From assembly GCA_047495785.1 (NCBI GenBank), contig JBLDXI010000007.1, positions 4,591,881-4,655,880 on the forward strand: a DNA stretch of 64,000 nucleotides, read 5' to 3'. A program made the translations under genes and the position numbers. This document shows, one piece after another, positions 47,219 to 61,049 of the stretch. The first letter of the stretch is position 1. Each line of letters begins with the position of its first letter. The notes beneath the pieces were generated by a model. The model ran no database searches. It saw only the letters and a list, made by a program, of their open reading frames with translations, and had not been told where the DNA came from. This DNA is from Lepidodermella squamata (taxonomy: Eukaryota > Animalia > Gastrotricha).

Positions 47219-47709
47219 CGACAACCTAACGCTACCTCATCACGGCCGGAACTACCGCGGCCTAATGAGCGACCGAGTTATAGCGACTAGAGCTATAAGT
47301 CTAGTGAAGTCCCGAGGATTTTCCACACAGAAACTCTTTCTGCACCATATATTTAGTACATAGAGATGGCGAGACTACGGCCGCTCTATCTCGCTCATCG
47401 TGCTCACTCGTGGGTCATCGTACTCACACATAAAGCTCTTAAAGCTTAGAGTCTGAGAGTCATCGCACTCACTCGCAGTTGGACCGACTGCGATATCTAA
47501 TGTTATAGAGATAGAGATTTTCTCAAGTCCTCGGGACTTGTCGATTATCCCACGCACTCCCAGTATAGCGGAAGCCCCGGACGGCCAGAATATAGAGTCC
47601 TCGGAAACTTAGAACATACGAGTCGCTATATAATATCATAACTCAGCCTCTGACTAGGGCTCGGTAGTCGCGGCTTTTATATATTTTTACAAGGCGGACA
47701 CAGGTTGTC
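47219..47709. mobile_element. Degenerate palindromic MITE-like element
   Basis: Inverted matches CGACAACCT/AGGTTGTCG, TATAGCGACT/AGTCGCTATA and AGTCCCGAGGA/TCCTCGGGACT. No TSD confirmed. Confidence 0.4.
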
Positions 47710-48348
47710 GTAGAAAAACAGAAGTGAGTTGCCGCCGGTTGCACCTAGGCCCAGTCACATATGCAAATAAGATAACGCATAATGAATTGAAAATTCGAAG
47801 ACTTAGAAGATTGACAATTTTACATCAAAAGTCTATAGACTCGTGGCTACGGAGTAGTTTTCATCACCAAGTTGATGTTATATCATTCGCCAATTTAAAA
47901 TTAATGAGGATCGAAAACATTATAATTATGAATATGCCACAGGATTTTCAATTTTAATATATTAGCTATGGCATTTTCAGCTGATTTCCGACTTGGGCAT
48001 TGGCAAATTCATGAGAAGCTTAATTAGATGGCAAATTTAACTATCGCTAGGTAATAAAAGTGCGCGCAATATTATTGCGCGAGTTAACGATGGAGCGCGA
48101 CGTTGGCCAGCGTGCGCAAAACGGGTGCGGACACCAGGACAAACAAAAAGTAAAACACTAACGGTGGAACGCTTTACGTTCCCCCGTCACTATTCACAGA
48201 TCGCGGTCAATTTATGCATGTTTATACGTATAAACTGTTTAAACATGTAAAAATATATGTTTAAACCCTGCATATAAATAATAATACTAAGGCTAAGATT
48301 TCGACGGCTAGCCAAGCACCATATTTTTCTTTTCTTACCACAGGACTC

Positions 48349-48772
48349 ACTGCTATCGAAAAACAGATATCACCATTGAATTCCTCGTCAAAAGTTACCT
48401 ATTGACGTGACAAGAAAACGATTAGCAGCAGTTTCTTAGCTAAGATGCAAACCCGCGAGGCAAACGGTATCTAAAGGCGAGATTGCGAAGAAACAATTTT
48501 ACGGTTCGTCGAGAATTAACAATGGACTGCTGAGCTCTTGCCAACAAAGAAAGTTAACAAAGAAAATGAAAAGGACACCGCCGGATCAAATGGCTTTTTC
48601 AGAATTTTCATACCCATCGCCGCTTCCGAGATTCCGGTCCAGATTCCGGTCCAGATTGCTTTATTGCAGCAATAAAAAATTGCCCAAAAGTGCTGCTACT
48701 CCTTCTCTATTACCTTTCTAGGGTAACTTTTCACCAGGAATTCAATGGCGATAACTGTTTCATGATTGCAGT
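48349..48772. mobile_element. MITE-like element with inverted repeats of about 51 bp
   Basis: 48349-48399 (ACTGCTATCGAAAAACAGATATCACCATTGAATTCCTCGTCAAAAGTTACC) versus the reverse complement of 48722-48772. Confidence 0.6.
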
Positions 48773-49140
48773 AACCTTAGTTTCAGTAATAGATGCTGAT
48801 GAAGCTCAAGCACGTTGGGAACCCTTGTTCACCCTGTGTTTATCCCATTACCCAAAAGTAATCTAATACACTACCTAAGTACATGAATTATATAGTATAA
48901 GTCTCGATATGTAATAACGTTACAAAATAACGAAATTCGCTCAACTTTCACCTTACTTTCCTTGTTATAGTGGTCAAAATCTGCCACGTTTCTGCGCCTA
49001 TATTTATACATTTTCACATGGCACCAAAACTTTATACTGTTTAATCATGTGTTTAAACACGTGAGTTTTAACAGACTGTTTTTACAAGTGCAACTCTGGT
49101 CGAAGGTCAATTGAACTCTTTGCAGTTGGGGCCTGTCCGC

Positions 49141-49234
49141 ATTCGGCACGATGCCGATGAGCTGCGCAACGTACAAGGGTTGAAACTGCGATTTCAGCCT
49201 GTTTTGGCTGGCAGCGAAATATCGGTCATCCGAA
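49141..49234 (+). ncRNA. Hammerhead-ribozyme-like (type I) motif in each satellite monomer (first copy given)
   Basis: CCGATGA (49154-60), stem II GCTGC/GCAGC, GAAA (49216-19) and GTC (49225-27), with bulged stem I TTCG..GAT/ATCCGAA. Position 4 is C instead of U except in the copy at 51057-63 and its mirror. Confidence 0.45.
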
Positions 49235-52200
49235 ATGTCAGCTTATCGCCTGCAAACGTGGTAGCGCTTGTTGCCACTAACGAATGAAGCGCGAATATGC
49301 ATGGTTCGCCCGGATTCGGCACGATGCCGATGAGCTGCGCAACGTACAAGGGTTGAAACTGCGATTTCAGCCTGTTTTGGCTGGCAGCGAAATATCGGTC
49401 ATCCGAAATGTCAGCGGATCGCCTGCAAACGTGGTAGCGCTTGTTGCCACTAACGAATGAAGCGCGAATATGCATGGTTCGCCCGGATTAGGCACGATGC
49501 CGATGAGCTGCGCAACGTACAAGGGTTGAAACTGCGATTTCAGCCTGTTCTGGCTGGCAGCGAAATATCGGTCATCCGAAATGTCAGCGGATCGCCTGCA
49601 AACGTGGTAGCGCTTGTTGCCACTAACGAATGAAGCGCGAATATGCATGGTTTGCCCGGATTCGGCACGATGCCGATGAGCTGCGCAACGTACAAGGGTT
49701 GAAACTGCGATTTCAGCCTGTTTTGGCTGGCAGCGAAATATCGGTCATCCGAAATGTCAGCGGATCGCCTGCAAACGTGGTAGCGCTTGTTGCCACTAAC
49801 GAATGAAGCGCGAATATGCATGGTTCGCCCGAATTCGGCACGATGCCGATGAGCTGCGCAACGTACAAGGGTTGAAACTGCGATTTCAGCCTGTTTTGGC
49901 TGGCAGCGAAATATCGGTCATCCGAAATGTCAGCGGAATGCTTGCAAACGTGGTAGCGCTTGTTGCCACTAACGAATGAAGCGCGAATATGCATGGTTCG
50001 CCCGGATTCGGCACGATGCCGATGAGCTGCGCAACGTACAAGGGTTGATACTGCGATTTCAGCCTGTTTTGGCTGGCAGCGAAATATCGGTCATCCGAAA
50101 TGTCAGCGGATCGCCTGCAAACGTGGTAGCGCTTGTTGCCACTAACGAATGAAGCGCGAATACGCATGGTTCGCCCGGATTCGGCACGATGCCGATGAGC
50201 TGCGCAACGTACAAGGGTTGAAACTGCGATTTCATCCTGTTTTGGCTGGCAGCGAAATATCGGTCATCCGAAATGTCAGCGGAATGCTTGCAAACGTGGT
50301 AGCGCTTGTTGCCACTAACGAATGAAGCGCGAATATGCATGGTTCGCCCGGATTCGGCACGATGCCGATGAGCTGCGCAACGTACATGGGTTGAAACTGC
50401 GATTTCAGCCTGTTTTGGCTGGCAGCGAAATATCGGTCATCCGAAATGTCAGCGGATCGCCTGCAAACGTGGTAGCGCTTGTTGCCACTAACGAATGAAG
50501 CGCGAATATGCATGGTTCGCCCGGATTCGGCACGATGCCGATGAGCTGCGCAACGTACAAGGGTTGAAACTGCGATTTCAGCCTGTTCTGGCTGGCAGCG
50601 AAATATCGGTCATCCGAAATGTCAGCGGAATGCTTGCAAACGTGGTAGCGCTTGTTGCCACTAACGAATGAAGCGCGAATATGCATGGTTCGCCCGGATT
50701 CGGCACGATGCCGATGAGCTGCGCAACGTACAAGGGTTGATACTGCGATTTCAGCCTGTTTTGGCTGGCAGCGAAATATCGGTCATCCGAAATGTCAGCG
50801 GATCGCCTGCAAACGTGGTAGCGCTTGTTGCCACTAACGAATGAAGCGCGAATATGCATGGTTCGCCCGGATTAGGCACGATGCCGATGAGCTGCGCAAC
50901 GTACAAGGGTTGAAACTGCGATTTCAGCCTGTTTTGGCTGGCAGCGAAATATCGGTCATCCGAAATGTCAGCGGAATGCTTGCAAACGTGGTAGCGCTTG
51001 TTGCCACTAACGATTGAAGCGCGAATATGCATGGTTCGCCCGAATTCGGCACGATGCTGATGAGCTGCGCAACGTACAAGGGTTGATACTGCGATTTCAG
51101 CCTGTTTTGGCTGGCAGCGAAATATCGGTCATCCGAAATGTCAGCGGATCGCCTGCAAACGTGGTAGCGCTTGTTGCCACTAACGAATGAAGCGCGAATA
51201 TGCATGGTTCGCCCGGATTAGGCACGATGCCGATGAGCTGCGCAACGTACAAGGGTTGAAACTGCGATTTCAGCCTGTTTTGGCTGGCAGCGAAATATCG
51301 GTCATCCGAAATGTCAGCGGAATGCTTGCAAACGTGGTAGCGCTTGTTGTCACTAACGAATGAAGCGCGAATATGCATGGTTCGCCCGGATTCGGCACGA
51401 TGCCGATGAGCTGCGCAACGTACAAGGGTTGAAACTGCGATTTCAGCCTGTTTTGGCTGGCAGCGAAATATCGGTCATCCGAAATGTCAGCGGATCGCCT
51501 GCAAACGTGGTAGCGCTTGTTGCCACTAACGAATGAAGCGCGAATATGCATGGTTCGCCCGGATTCGGCACGATGCCGATGAGCTGCGCAACGTACAAGG
51601 GTTGAAACTGCGATTTCAGCCTGTTTTGGCTGGCAGCGAAATATCGGTCATCCGAAATGTCAGCGGATCGCCTGCAAACGTGGTAGCGCTTGTTGCCACT
51701 AACGAATGAAGCGCGAATATGCATGGTTCGCCCGGATTCGGCACGATGCCGATGAGCTGCGCAACGTACAAGGGTTGAAACTGCGATTTCAGCCTGTTTT
51801 GGCTGGCAGCGAAATATCGGTCATCCGAAATGTCAGCGGAATGCTTGCAAACGTGGTAGCGCTTGTTGCCACTAACGAATGAAGCGCGAATATGCATGGT
51901 TCGCCCGGATTCGGCACGATGCCGATGAGCTGCGCAACGTACAAGGGTTGAAACTGCGATTTCAGCCTGTTTTGGCTGGCAGCGAAATATCGGTCATCCG
52001 AAATGTCAGCGGAATGCTTGCAAACGTGGTAGCGCTTGTTGCCACTAACGAATGAAGCGCGAATATGCATGGTTCGCCCGGATTCGGCACGATGCCGATG
52101 AGCTGCGCAACGTACATGGGTTGAAACTGCGATTTCAGCCTGTTTTGGCTGGCAGCGAAATATCGGTCATCCGAAATGTCAGCGGATCGCCTGCAAACGT

Positions 52201-55200
52201 GGTAGCGCTTGTTGCCACTAACGAATGAAGCGCGAATATGCATGGTTCGCCAGGATTCGGCACGATGCCGATGAGCTGCGCAACGTACAAGGGTTGAAAC
52301 TGCGATTTCAGCCTGTTCTGGCTGGCAGCGAAATATCGGTCATCCGAAATGTCAGCGGATCGCCTGCAAACGTGGTAGCGCTTGTTGCCACTAACGAATG
52401 AAGCGCGAATATGCATGGTTTGCCCGGATTCGGCACGATGCCGATGAGCTGCGCAACGTACAAGGGTTGAAACTGCGATTTCAGCCTGTTTTGGCTGGCA
52501 GCGAAATATCGGTCATCCGAAATGTCAGCGGAATGCTTGCAAACGTGGTAGCGCTTGTTGCCACTAACGAATGAAGCGCGAATATGCATGGTTCGCCCGG
52601 ATTCGGCACGATGCCGATGAGCTGCGCAACGTACATGGGTTGAAACTGCGATTTCAGCCTGTTCTGGCTGGCAGCGAAATATCGGTCATCCGAAATGTCA
52701 GCGGATCGCCTGCAAACGTGGTAGCGCTTGTTGCCACTAACGAATGAAGCGCGAATATGCATGGTTTGCCCGGATTCGGCACGATGCCGATGAGCTGCGC
52801 AACGTACAAGGGTTGAAACTGCGATTTCAGCCTGTTTTGGCTGGCAGCGAAATATCGGTCATCCGAAATGTCAGCGGAATGCTTGCAAACGTGGTAGCGC
52901 TTGTTGCCACTAACGAATGAAGCGCGAATATGCATGGTTCGCCCGGATTCGGCACGATGCCGATGAGCTGCGCAACGTACATGGGTTGAAACTGCGATTT
53001 CAGCCTGTTTTGGCTGGCAGCGAAATATCGGTCATCCGAAATGTCAGCGGATCGCCTGCAAACGTGGTAGCGCTTGTTGCCACTAACGAATGAAGCGCGA
53101 ATATGCATGGTTCGCCCGGATTCGGCACGATGCCGATGAGCTGCGCAACGTACAAGGGTTGAAACTGCGATTTCAGCCTGTTCTGGCTGGCAGCGAAATA
53201 TCGGTCATCCGAAATGTCAGCGGATCGCCTGCAAACGTGGTAGCGCTTGTTGCCACTAACGAATGAAGCGCGAATATGCATGGTTTGCCCGGATTCGGCA
53301 CGATGCCGATGAGCTGCGCAACGTACAAGGGTTGAAACTGCGATTTCAGCCTGTTTTGGCTGGCAGCGAAATATCGGTCATCCGAAATGTCAGCGGATCG
53401 CCTGCAAACGTGGTAGCGCTTGTTGCCACTAACGAATGAAGCGCGAATATGCATGGTTCGCCCGAATTCGGCACGATGCCGATGAGCTGCGCAACGTACA
53501 AGGGTTGAAACTGCGATTTCAGCCTGTTTTGGCTGGCAGCGAAATATCGGTCATCCGAAATGTCAGCGGAATGCTTGCAAACGTGGTAGCGCTTGTTGCC
53601 ACTAACGAATGAAGCGCGAATATGCATGGTTCGCCCGGATTCGGCACGATGCCGATGAGCTGCGCAACGTACAAGGGTTGAAACTGCGCTTTCAGCCTGT
53701 TTTGGCTGGCAGCGAAATATCGGTCATCCGAAATGTCAGCGGATCGCCTGCAAACGTGGTAGCGCTTGTTGCCACTAACGAATGAAGCGCGATTATGCAT
53801 GGTTTGCCCGGATTCGGCACGATGCCGATGAGCTGCGCAACGTACAAGGGTTGAAACTGCGATTTCAGCCTGTTTTGGCTGGCAGCGAAATATCGGTCAT
53901 CCGAAATGTCAGCGGATCGCCTGCAAACGTGGTAGCGCTTGTTGCCACTAACGAATGAAGCGCGATTATGCATGGTTTGCCCGGATTCGGCACGATGCCG
54001 ATGAGCTGCGCAACGTACAAGGGTTGAAACTGCGATTTCAGCCTGTTTTGGCTGGCAGCGAAATATCGGTCATCCGAAATGTCAGCGGATCGCCTGCAAA
54101 CGTGGTAGCGCTTGTTGCCACTAACGAATGAAGCGCGAATATGCATGGTTCGCCCGGATTCGGCACGATGCCGATGAGCTGCGCAACGTACAAGGGTTGA
54201 AACTGCGATTTCAGCCTGTTTTGGCTGGCAGCGAAATATCGGTCATCCGAAATGTCAGCGGAATGCTTGCAAACGTGGTAGCGCTTGTTGCCACTAACGA
54301 ATGAAGCGCGAATATGCATGGTTCGCCCGGATTCGGCACGATGCCGATGAGCTGCGCAACGTACATGGGTTGAAACTGCGATTTCAGCCTGTTTTGGCTG
54401 GCAGCGAAATATCGGTCATCCGAAATGTCAGCGGATCGCCTGCAAACGTGGTAGCGCTTGTTGCCACTAACGAATGAAGCGCGAATATGCATGGTTCGCC
54501 CGGATTCGGCACGATGCCGATGAGCTGCGCAACGTACAAGGGTTGAAACTGCGATTTCAGCCTGTTTTGGCTGGCAGCGAAATATCGGTCATCCGAAATG
54601 TCAGCGGATCGCCTGCAAACGTGGTAGCGCTTGTTGCCACTAACGAATGAAGCGCGAATATGCATGGTTCGCCCGGATTCGGCACGATGCCGATGAGCTG
54701 CGCAACGTACAAGGGTTGAAACTGCGATTTCAGCCTGTTTTGGCTGGCAGCGAAATATCGGTCATCCGAAATGTCAGCGGATCGCCTGCAAACGTGGTAG
54801 CGCTTGTTGCCACTAACGAATGAAGCGCGATTATGCATGGTTTGCCCGGATTCGGCACGATGCCGATGAGCTGCGCAACGTACAAGGGTTGAAACTGCGA
54901 TTTCAGCCTGTTTTGGCTGGCAGCGAAATATCGGTCATCCGAAATGTCAGCGGATCGCCTGCAAAAGTGGTAGCGCTTGTTGCCACTAACGAATGAAGCG
55001 CGATTATGCATGGTTTGCCCGGATTCGGCACGATGCCGATGAGCTGCGCAACGTACAAGGGTTGAAACTGCGATTTCAGCCTGTTTTGGCTGGCAGCGAA
55101 ATATCGGTCATCCGAAATGTCAGCGGATCGCCTGCAAACGTGGTAGCGCTTGTTGCCACTAACGAATGAAGCGCGAATATGCATGGTTCGCCCGGATTCG

Positions 55201-58200
55201 GCACGATGCCGATGAGCTGCGCAACGTACAAGGGTTGAAACTGCGATTTCAGCCTGTTTTGGCTGGCAGCGAAATATCGGTCATCCGAAATGTCAGCGAA
55301 TGCTTGCAAACGTGGTAGCGCTTGTTGCCACTAACGAATGAAGCGCGAATATGCATGGTTCGCCCGGATTCGGCACGATGCCGATGAGCTGCGCAACGTA
55401 CATGGGTTGAAACTGCGATTTCAGCCTGTTTTGGCTGGCAGCGAAATATCGGTCATCCGAAATGTCAGCGGATCGCCTGCAAAACGTGGTAGCGCTTGTT
55501 GCCACTAACGAATGAAGCGCGAATATGCATGGTTCGCCCGGATTCGGCACGATGCCGATGAGCTGCGCAACGTACAAGGGTTGAAACTGCGATTTCAGCC
55601 TGTTTTGGCTGGCAGCGAAATATCGGTCATCCGAAATGTCAGCGGAATGCTTGCAAACGTGGTAGCGCTTGTTGCCACTAACGAATGAAGCGCGAATATG
55701 CATGGTTCGCCCGGATTCGGCACGATGCCGATGAGCTGCGCAACGTACATGGGTTGAAACTGCGATTTCAGCCTGTTTTGGCTGGCAGCGAAATATCGGT
55801 CATCCGAAATGTCAGCGGATCGCCTGCAAACGTGGTAGCGCTTGTTGCCACTAACGAATGAAGCGCGAATATGCATGGTTCGCGCTTCATTCGTTAGTGG
55901 CAACAAGCGCTACCACGTTTGCAAGCATTCCGCTGACATTTCGGATGACCGATATTTCGCTGCCAGCAAAACAGGCTGAAATCGCAGTTTCAACCCTTGT
56001 ACGTTGCGCAGCTCATCGGCATCGTGCCGAATCCGGGCGAACCATGCATATTCGCGCTTCATTCGTTAGTGGCAACAAGCGCTACCACGTTTGCAGGCGA
56101 TCCGCTGACATTTCGGATGACCGATATTTCGCTGCCAGCCAAAACAGGCTGAAATCGCAGTTTCAACCCTTGTACGTTGCGCAGCTCATCGGCATCGTGC
56201 CGAATCCGGGCAAACCATGCATAATCGCGCTTCATTCGTTAGTGGCAACAAGCGCTACCACGTTTTGCAGGCGATCCGCTGACATTTCGGATGACCGATA
56301 TTTCGCTGCCAGCCAAAACAGGCTGAAATCGCAGTTTCAACCCTTGTACGTTGCGCAGCTCATCGGCATCGTGCCGAATCCGGGCAAACCATGCATAATC
56401 GCGCTTCATTCGTTAGTGGCAACAAGCGCTACCACGTTTGCAGGCGATCCGCTGACATTTCGGATGACCGATATTTCGCTGCCAGCCAAAACAGGCTGAA
56501 AGCGCAGTTTCAACCCTTGTACGTTGCGCAGCTCATCGGCATCGTGCCGAATCCGGGCGAACCATGCATATTCGCGCTTCATTCGTTAGTGGCAACAAGC
56601 GCTACCACGTTTGCAAGCATTCCGCTGACATTTCGGATGACCGATATTTCGCTGCCAGCCAAAACAGGCTGAAATCGCAGTTTCAACCCTTGTACGTTGC
56701 GCAGCTCATCGGCATCGTGCCGAATTCGGGCGAACCATGCATATTCGCGCTTCATTCGTTAGTGGCAACAAGCGCTACCACGTTTGCAGGCGATCCGCTG
56801 ACATTTCGGATGACCGATATTTCGCTGCCAGCCAAAACAGGCTGAAATCGCAGTTTCAACCCTTGTACGTTGCGCAGCTCATCGGCATCGTGCCGAATCC
56901 GGGCAAACCATGCATATTCGCGCTTCATTCGTTAGTGGCAACAAGCGCTACCACGTTTGCAGGCGATCCGCTGACATTTCGGATGACCGATATTTCGCTG
57001 CCAGCCAGAACAGGCTGAAATCGCAGTTTCAACCCTTGTACGTTGCGCAGCTCATCGGCATCGTGCCGAATCCGGGCGAACCATGCATATTCGCGCTTCA
57101 TTCGTTAGTGGCAACAAGCGCTACCACGTTTGCAGGCGATCCGCTGACATTTCGGATGACCGATATTTCGCTGCCAGCCAAAACAGGCTGAAATCGCAGT
57201 TTCAACCCATGTACGTTGCGCAGCTCATCGGCATCGTGCCGAATCCGGGCGAACCATGCATATTCGCGCTTCATTCGTTAGTGGCAACAAGCGCTACCAC
57301 GTTTGCAAGCATTCCGCTGACATTTCGGATGACCGATATTTCGCTGCCAGCCAAAACAGGCTGAAATCGCAGTTTCAACCCTTGTACGTTGCGCAGCTCA
57401 TCGGCATCGTGCCGAATCCGGGCAAACCATGCATATTCGCGCTTCATTCGTTAGTGGCAACAAGCGCTACCACGTTTGCAGGCGATCCGCTGACATTTCG
57501 GATGACCGATATTTCGCTGCCAGCCAGAACAGGCTGAAATCGCAGTTTCAACCCATGTACGTTGCGCAGCTCATCGGCATCGTGCCGAATCCGGGCGAAC
57601 CATGCATATTCGCGCTTCATTCGTTAGTGGCAACAAGCGCTACCACGTTTGCAAGCATTCCGCTGACATTTCGGATGACCGATATTTCGCTGCCAGCCAA
57701 AACAGGCTGAAATCGCAGTTTCAACCCTTGTACGTTGCGCAGCTCATCGGCATCGTGCCGAATCCGGGCAAACCATGCATATTCGCGCTTCATTCGTTAG
57801 TGGCAACAAGCGCTACCACGTTTGCAGGCGATCCGCTGACATTTCGGATGACCGATATTTCGCTGCCAGCCAGAACAGGCTGAAATCGCAGTTTCAACCC
57901 TTGTACGTTGCGCAGCTCATCGGCATCGTGCCGAATCCTGGCGAACCATGCATATTCGCGCTTCATTCGTTAGTGGCAACAAGCGCTACCACGTTTCAGG
58001 CGATCCGCTGACATTTCGGATGACCGATATTTCGCTGCCAGCCAAAACAGGCTGAAATCGCAGTTTCAACCCATGTACGTTGCGCAGCTCATCGGCATCG
58101 TGCCGAATCCGGGCGAACCATGCATATTCGCGCTTCATTCGTTAGTGGCAACAAGCGCTACCACGTTTGCAAGCATTCCGCTGACATTTCGGATGACCGA

Positions 58201-61049
58201 TATTTCGCTGCCAGCCAAAACAGGCTGAAATCGCAGTTTCAACCCTTGTACGTTGCGCAGCTCATCGGCATCGTGCCGAATCCGGGCGAACCATGCATAT
58301 TCGCGCTTCATTCGTTAGTGGCAACAAGCGCTACCACGTTTGCAAGCATTCCGCTGACATTTCGGATGACCGATATTTCGCTGCCAGCCAAAACAGGCTG
58401 AAATCGCAGTTTCAACCCTTGTACGTTGCGCAGCTCATCGGCATCGTGCCGAATCCGGGCGAACCATGCATATTCGCGCTTCATTCGTTAGTGGCAACAA
58501 GCGCTACCACGTTTGCAGGCGATCCGCTGACATTTCGGATGACCGATATTTCGCTGCCAGCCAAAACAGGCTGAAATCGCAGTTTCAACCCTTGTACGTT
58601 GCGCAGCTCATCGGCATCGTGCCGAATCCGGGCGAACCATGCATATTCGCGCTTCATTCGTTAGTGGCAACAAGCGCTACCACGTTTGCAGGCGATCCGC
58701 TGACATTTCGGATGACCGATATTTCGCTGCCAGCCAAAACAGGCTGAAATCGCAGTTTCAACCCTTGTACGTTGCGCAGCTCATCGGCATCGTGCCGAAT
58801 CCGGGCGAACCATGCATATTCGCGCTTCATTCGTTAGTGACAACAAGCGCTACCACGTTTGCAAGCATTCCGCTGACATTTCGGATGACCGATATTTCGC
58901 TGCCAGCCAAAACAGGCTGAAATCGCAGTTTCAACCCTTGTACGTTGCGCAGCTCATCGGCATCGTGCCTAATCCGGGCGAACCATGCATATTCGCGCTT
59001 CATTCGTTAGTGGCAACAAGCGCTACCACGTTTGCAGGCGATCCGCTGACATTTCGGATGACCGATATTTCGCTGCCAGCCAAAACAGGCTGAAATCGCA
59101 GTATCAACCCTTGTACGTTGCGCAGCTCATCAGCATCGTGCCGAATTCGGGCGAACCATGCATATTCGCGCTTCAATCGTTAGTGGCAACAAGCGCTACC
59201 ACGTTTGCAAGCATTCCGCTGACATTTCGGATGACCGATATTTCGCTGCCAGCCAAAACAGGCTGAAATCGCAGTTTCAACCCTTGTACGTTGCGCAGCT
59301 CATCGGCATCGTGCCTAATCCGGGCGAACCATGCATATTCGCGCTTCATTCGTTAGTGGCAACAAGCGCTACCACGTTTGCAGGCGATCCGCTGACATTT
59401 CGGATGACCGATATTTCGCTGCCAGCCAAAACAGGCTGAAATCGCAGTATCAACCCTTGTACGTTGCGCAGCTCATCGGCATCGTGCCGAATCCGGGCGA
59501 ACCATGCATATTCGCGCTTCATTCGTTAGTGGCAACAAGCGCTACCACGTTTGCAAGCATTCCGCTGACATTTCGGATGACCGATATTTCGCTGCCAGCC
59601 AGAACAGGCTGAAATCGCAGTTTCAACCCTTGTACGTTGCGCAGCTCATCGGCATCGTGCCGAATCCGGGCGAACCATGCATATTCGCGCTTCATTCGTT
59701 AGTGGCAACAAGCGCTACCACGTTTGCAGGCGATCCGCTGACATTTCGGATGACCGATATTTCGCTGCCAGCCAAAACAGGCTGAAATCGCAGTTTCAAC
59801 CCATGTACGTTGCGCAGCTCATCGGCATCGTGCCGAATCCGGGCGAACCATGCATATTCGCGCTTCATTCGTTAGTGGCAACAAGCGCTACCACGTTTGC
59901 AAGCATTCCGCTGACATTTCGGATGACCGATATTTCGCTGCCAGCCAAAACAGGATGAAATCGCAGTTTCAACCCTTGTACGTTGCGCAGCTCATCGGCA
60001 TCGTGCCGAATCCGGGCGAACCATGCGTATTCGCGCTTCATTCGTTAGTGGCAACAAGCGCTACCACGTTTGCAGGCGATCCGCTGACATTTCGGATGAC
60101 CGATATTTCGCTGCCAGCCAAAACAGGCTGAAATCGCAGTATCAACCCTTGTACGTTGCGCAGCTCATCGGCATCGTGCCGAATCCGGGCGAACCATGCA
60201 TATTCGCGCTTCATTCGTTAGTGGCAACAAGCGCTACCACGTTTGCAAGCATTCCGCTGACATTTCGGATGACCGATATTTCGCTGCCAGCCAAAACAGG
60301 CTGAAATCGCAGTTTCAACCCTTGTACGTTGCGCAGCTCATCGGCATCGTGCCGAATTCGGGCGAACCATGCATATTCGCGCTTCATTCGTTAGTGGCAA
60401 CAAGCGCTACCACGTTTGCAGGCGATCCGCTGACATTTCGGATGACCGATATTTCGCTGCCAGCCAAAACAGGCTGAAATCGCAGTTTCAACCCTTGTAC
60501 GTTGCGCAGCTCATCGGCATCGTGCCGAATCCGGGCAAACCATGCATATTCGCGCTTCATTCGTTAGTGGCAACAAGCGCTACCACGTTTGCAGGCGATC
60601 CGCTGACATTTCGGATGACCGATATTTCGCTGCCAGCCAGAACAGGCTGAAATCGCAGTTTCAACCCTTGTACGTTGCGCAGCTCATCGGCATCGTGCCT
60701 AATCCGGGCGAACCATGCATATTCGCGCTTCATTCGTTAGTGGCAACAAGCGCTACCACGTTTGCAGGCGATCCGCTGACATTTCGGATGACCGATATTT
60801 CGCTGCCAGCCAAAACAGGCTGAAATCGCAGTTTCAACCCTTGTACGTTGCGCAGCTCATCGGCATCGTGCCGAATCCGGGCGAACCATGCATATTCGCG
60901 CTTCATTCGTTAGTGGCAACAAGCGCTACCACGTTTGCAGGCGATAAGCTGACATTTCGGATGACCGATATTTCGCTGCCAGCCAAAACAGGCTGAAATC
61001 GCAGTTTCAACCCTTGTACGTTGCGCAGCTCATCGGCATCGTGCCGAAT
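49141..61049. repeat. 173-bp tandem satellite, about 39 units forward then about 30 units inverted
   Basis: Exact 173-bp periodicity (also seen as repeating 93-aa pseudo-ORFs), with only a few recurrent variant sites. Orientation switches at about 55874. Confidence 0.99.

Noticed and set aside
49194-60996. Dozens of near-identical 93-aa ORFs
   Set aside because: A by-product of a 173-bp unit (not a multiple of 3) read through successive frames; no domain signal.
49141-61049. CRISPR-like array
   Set aside because: No unique spacers, eukaryotic context, and no cas genes.
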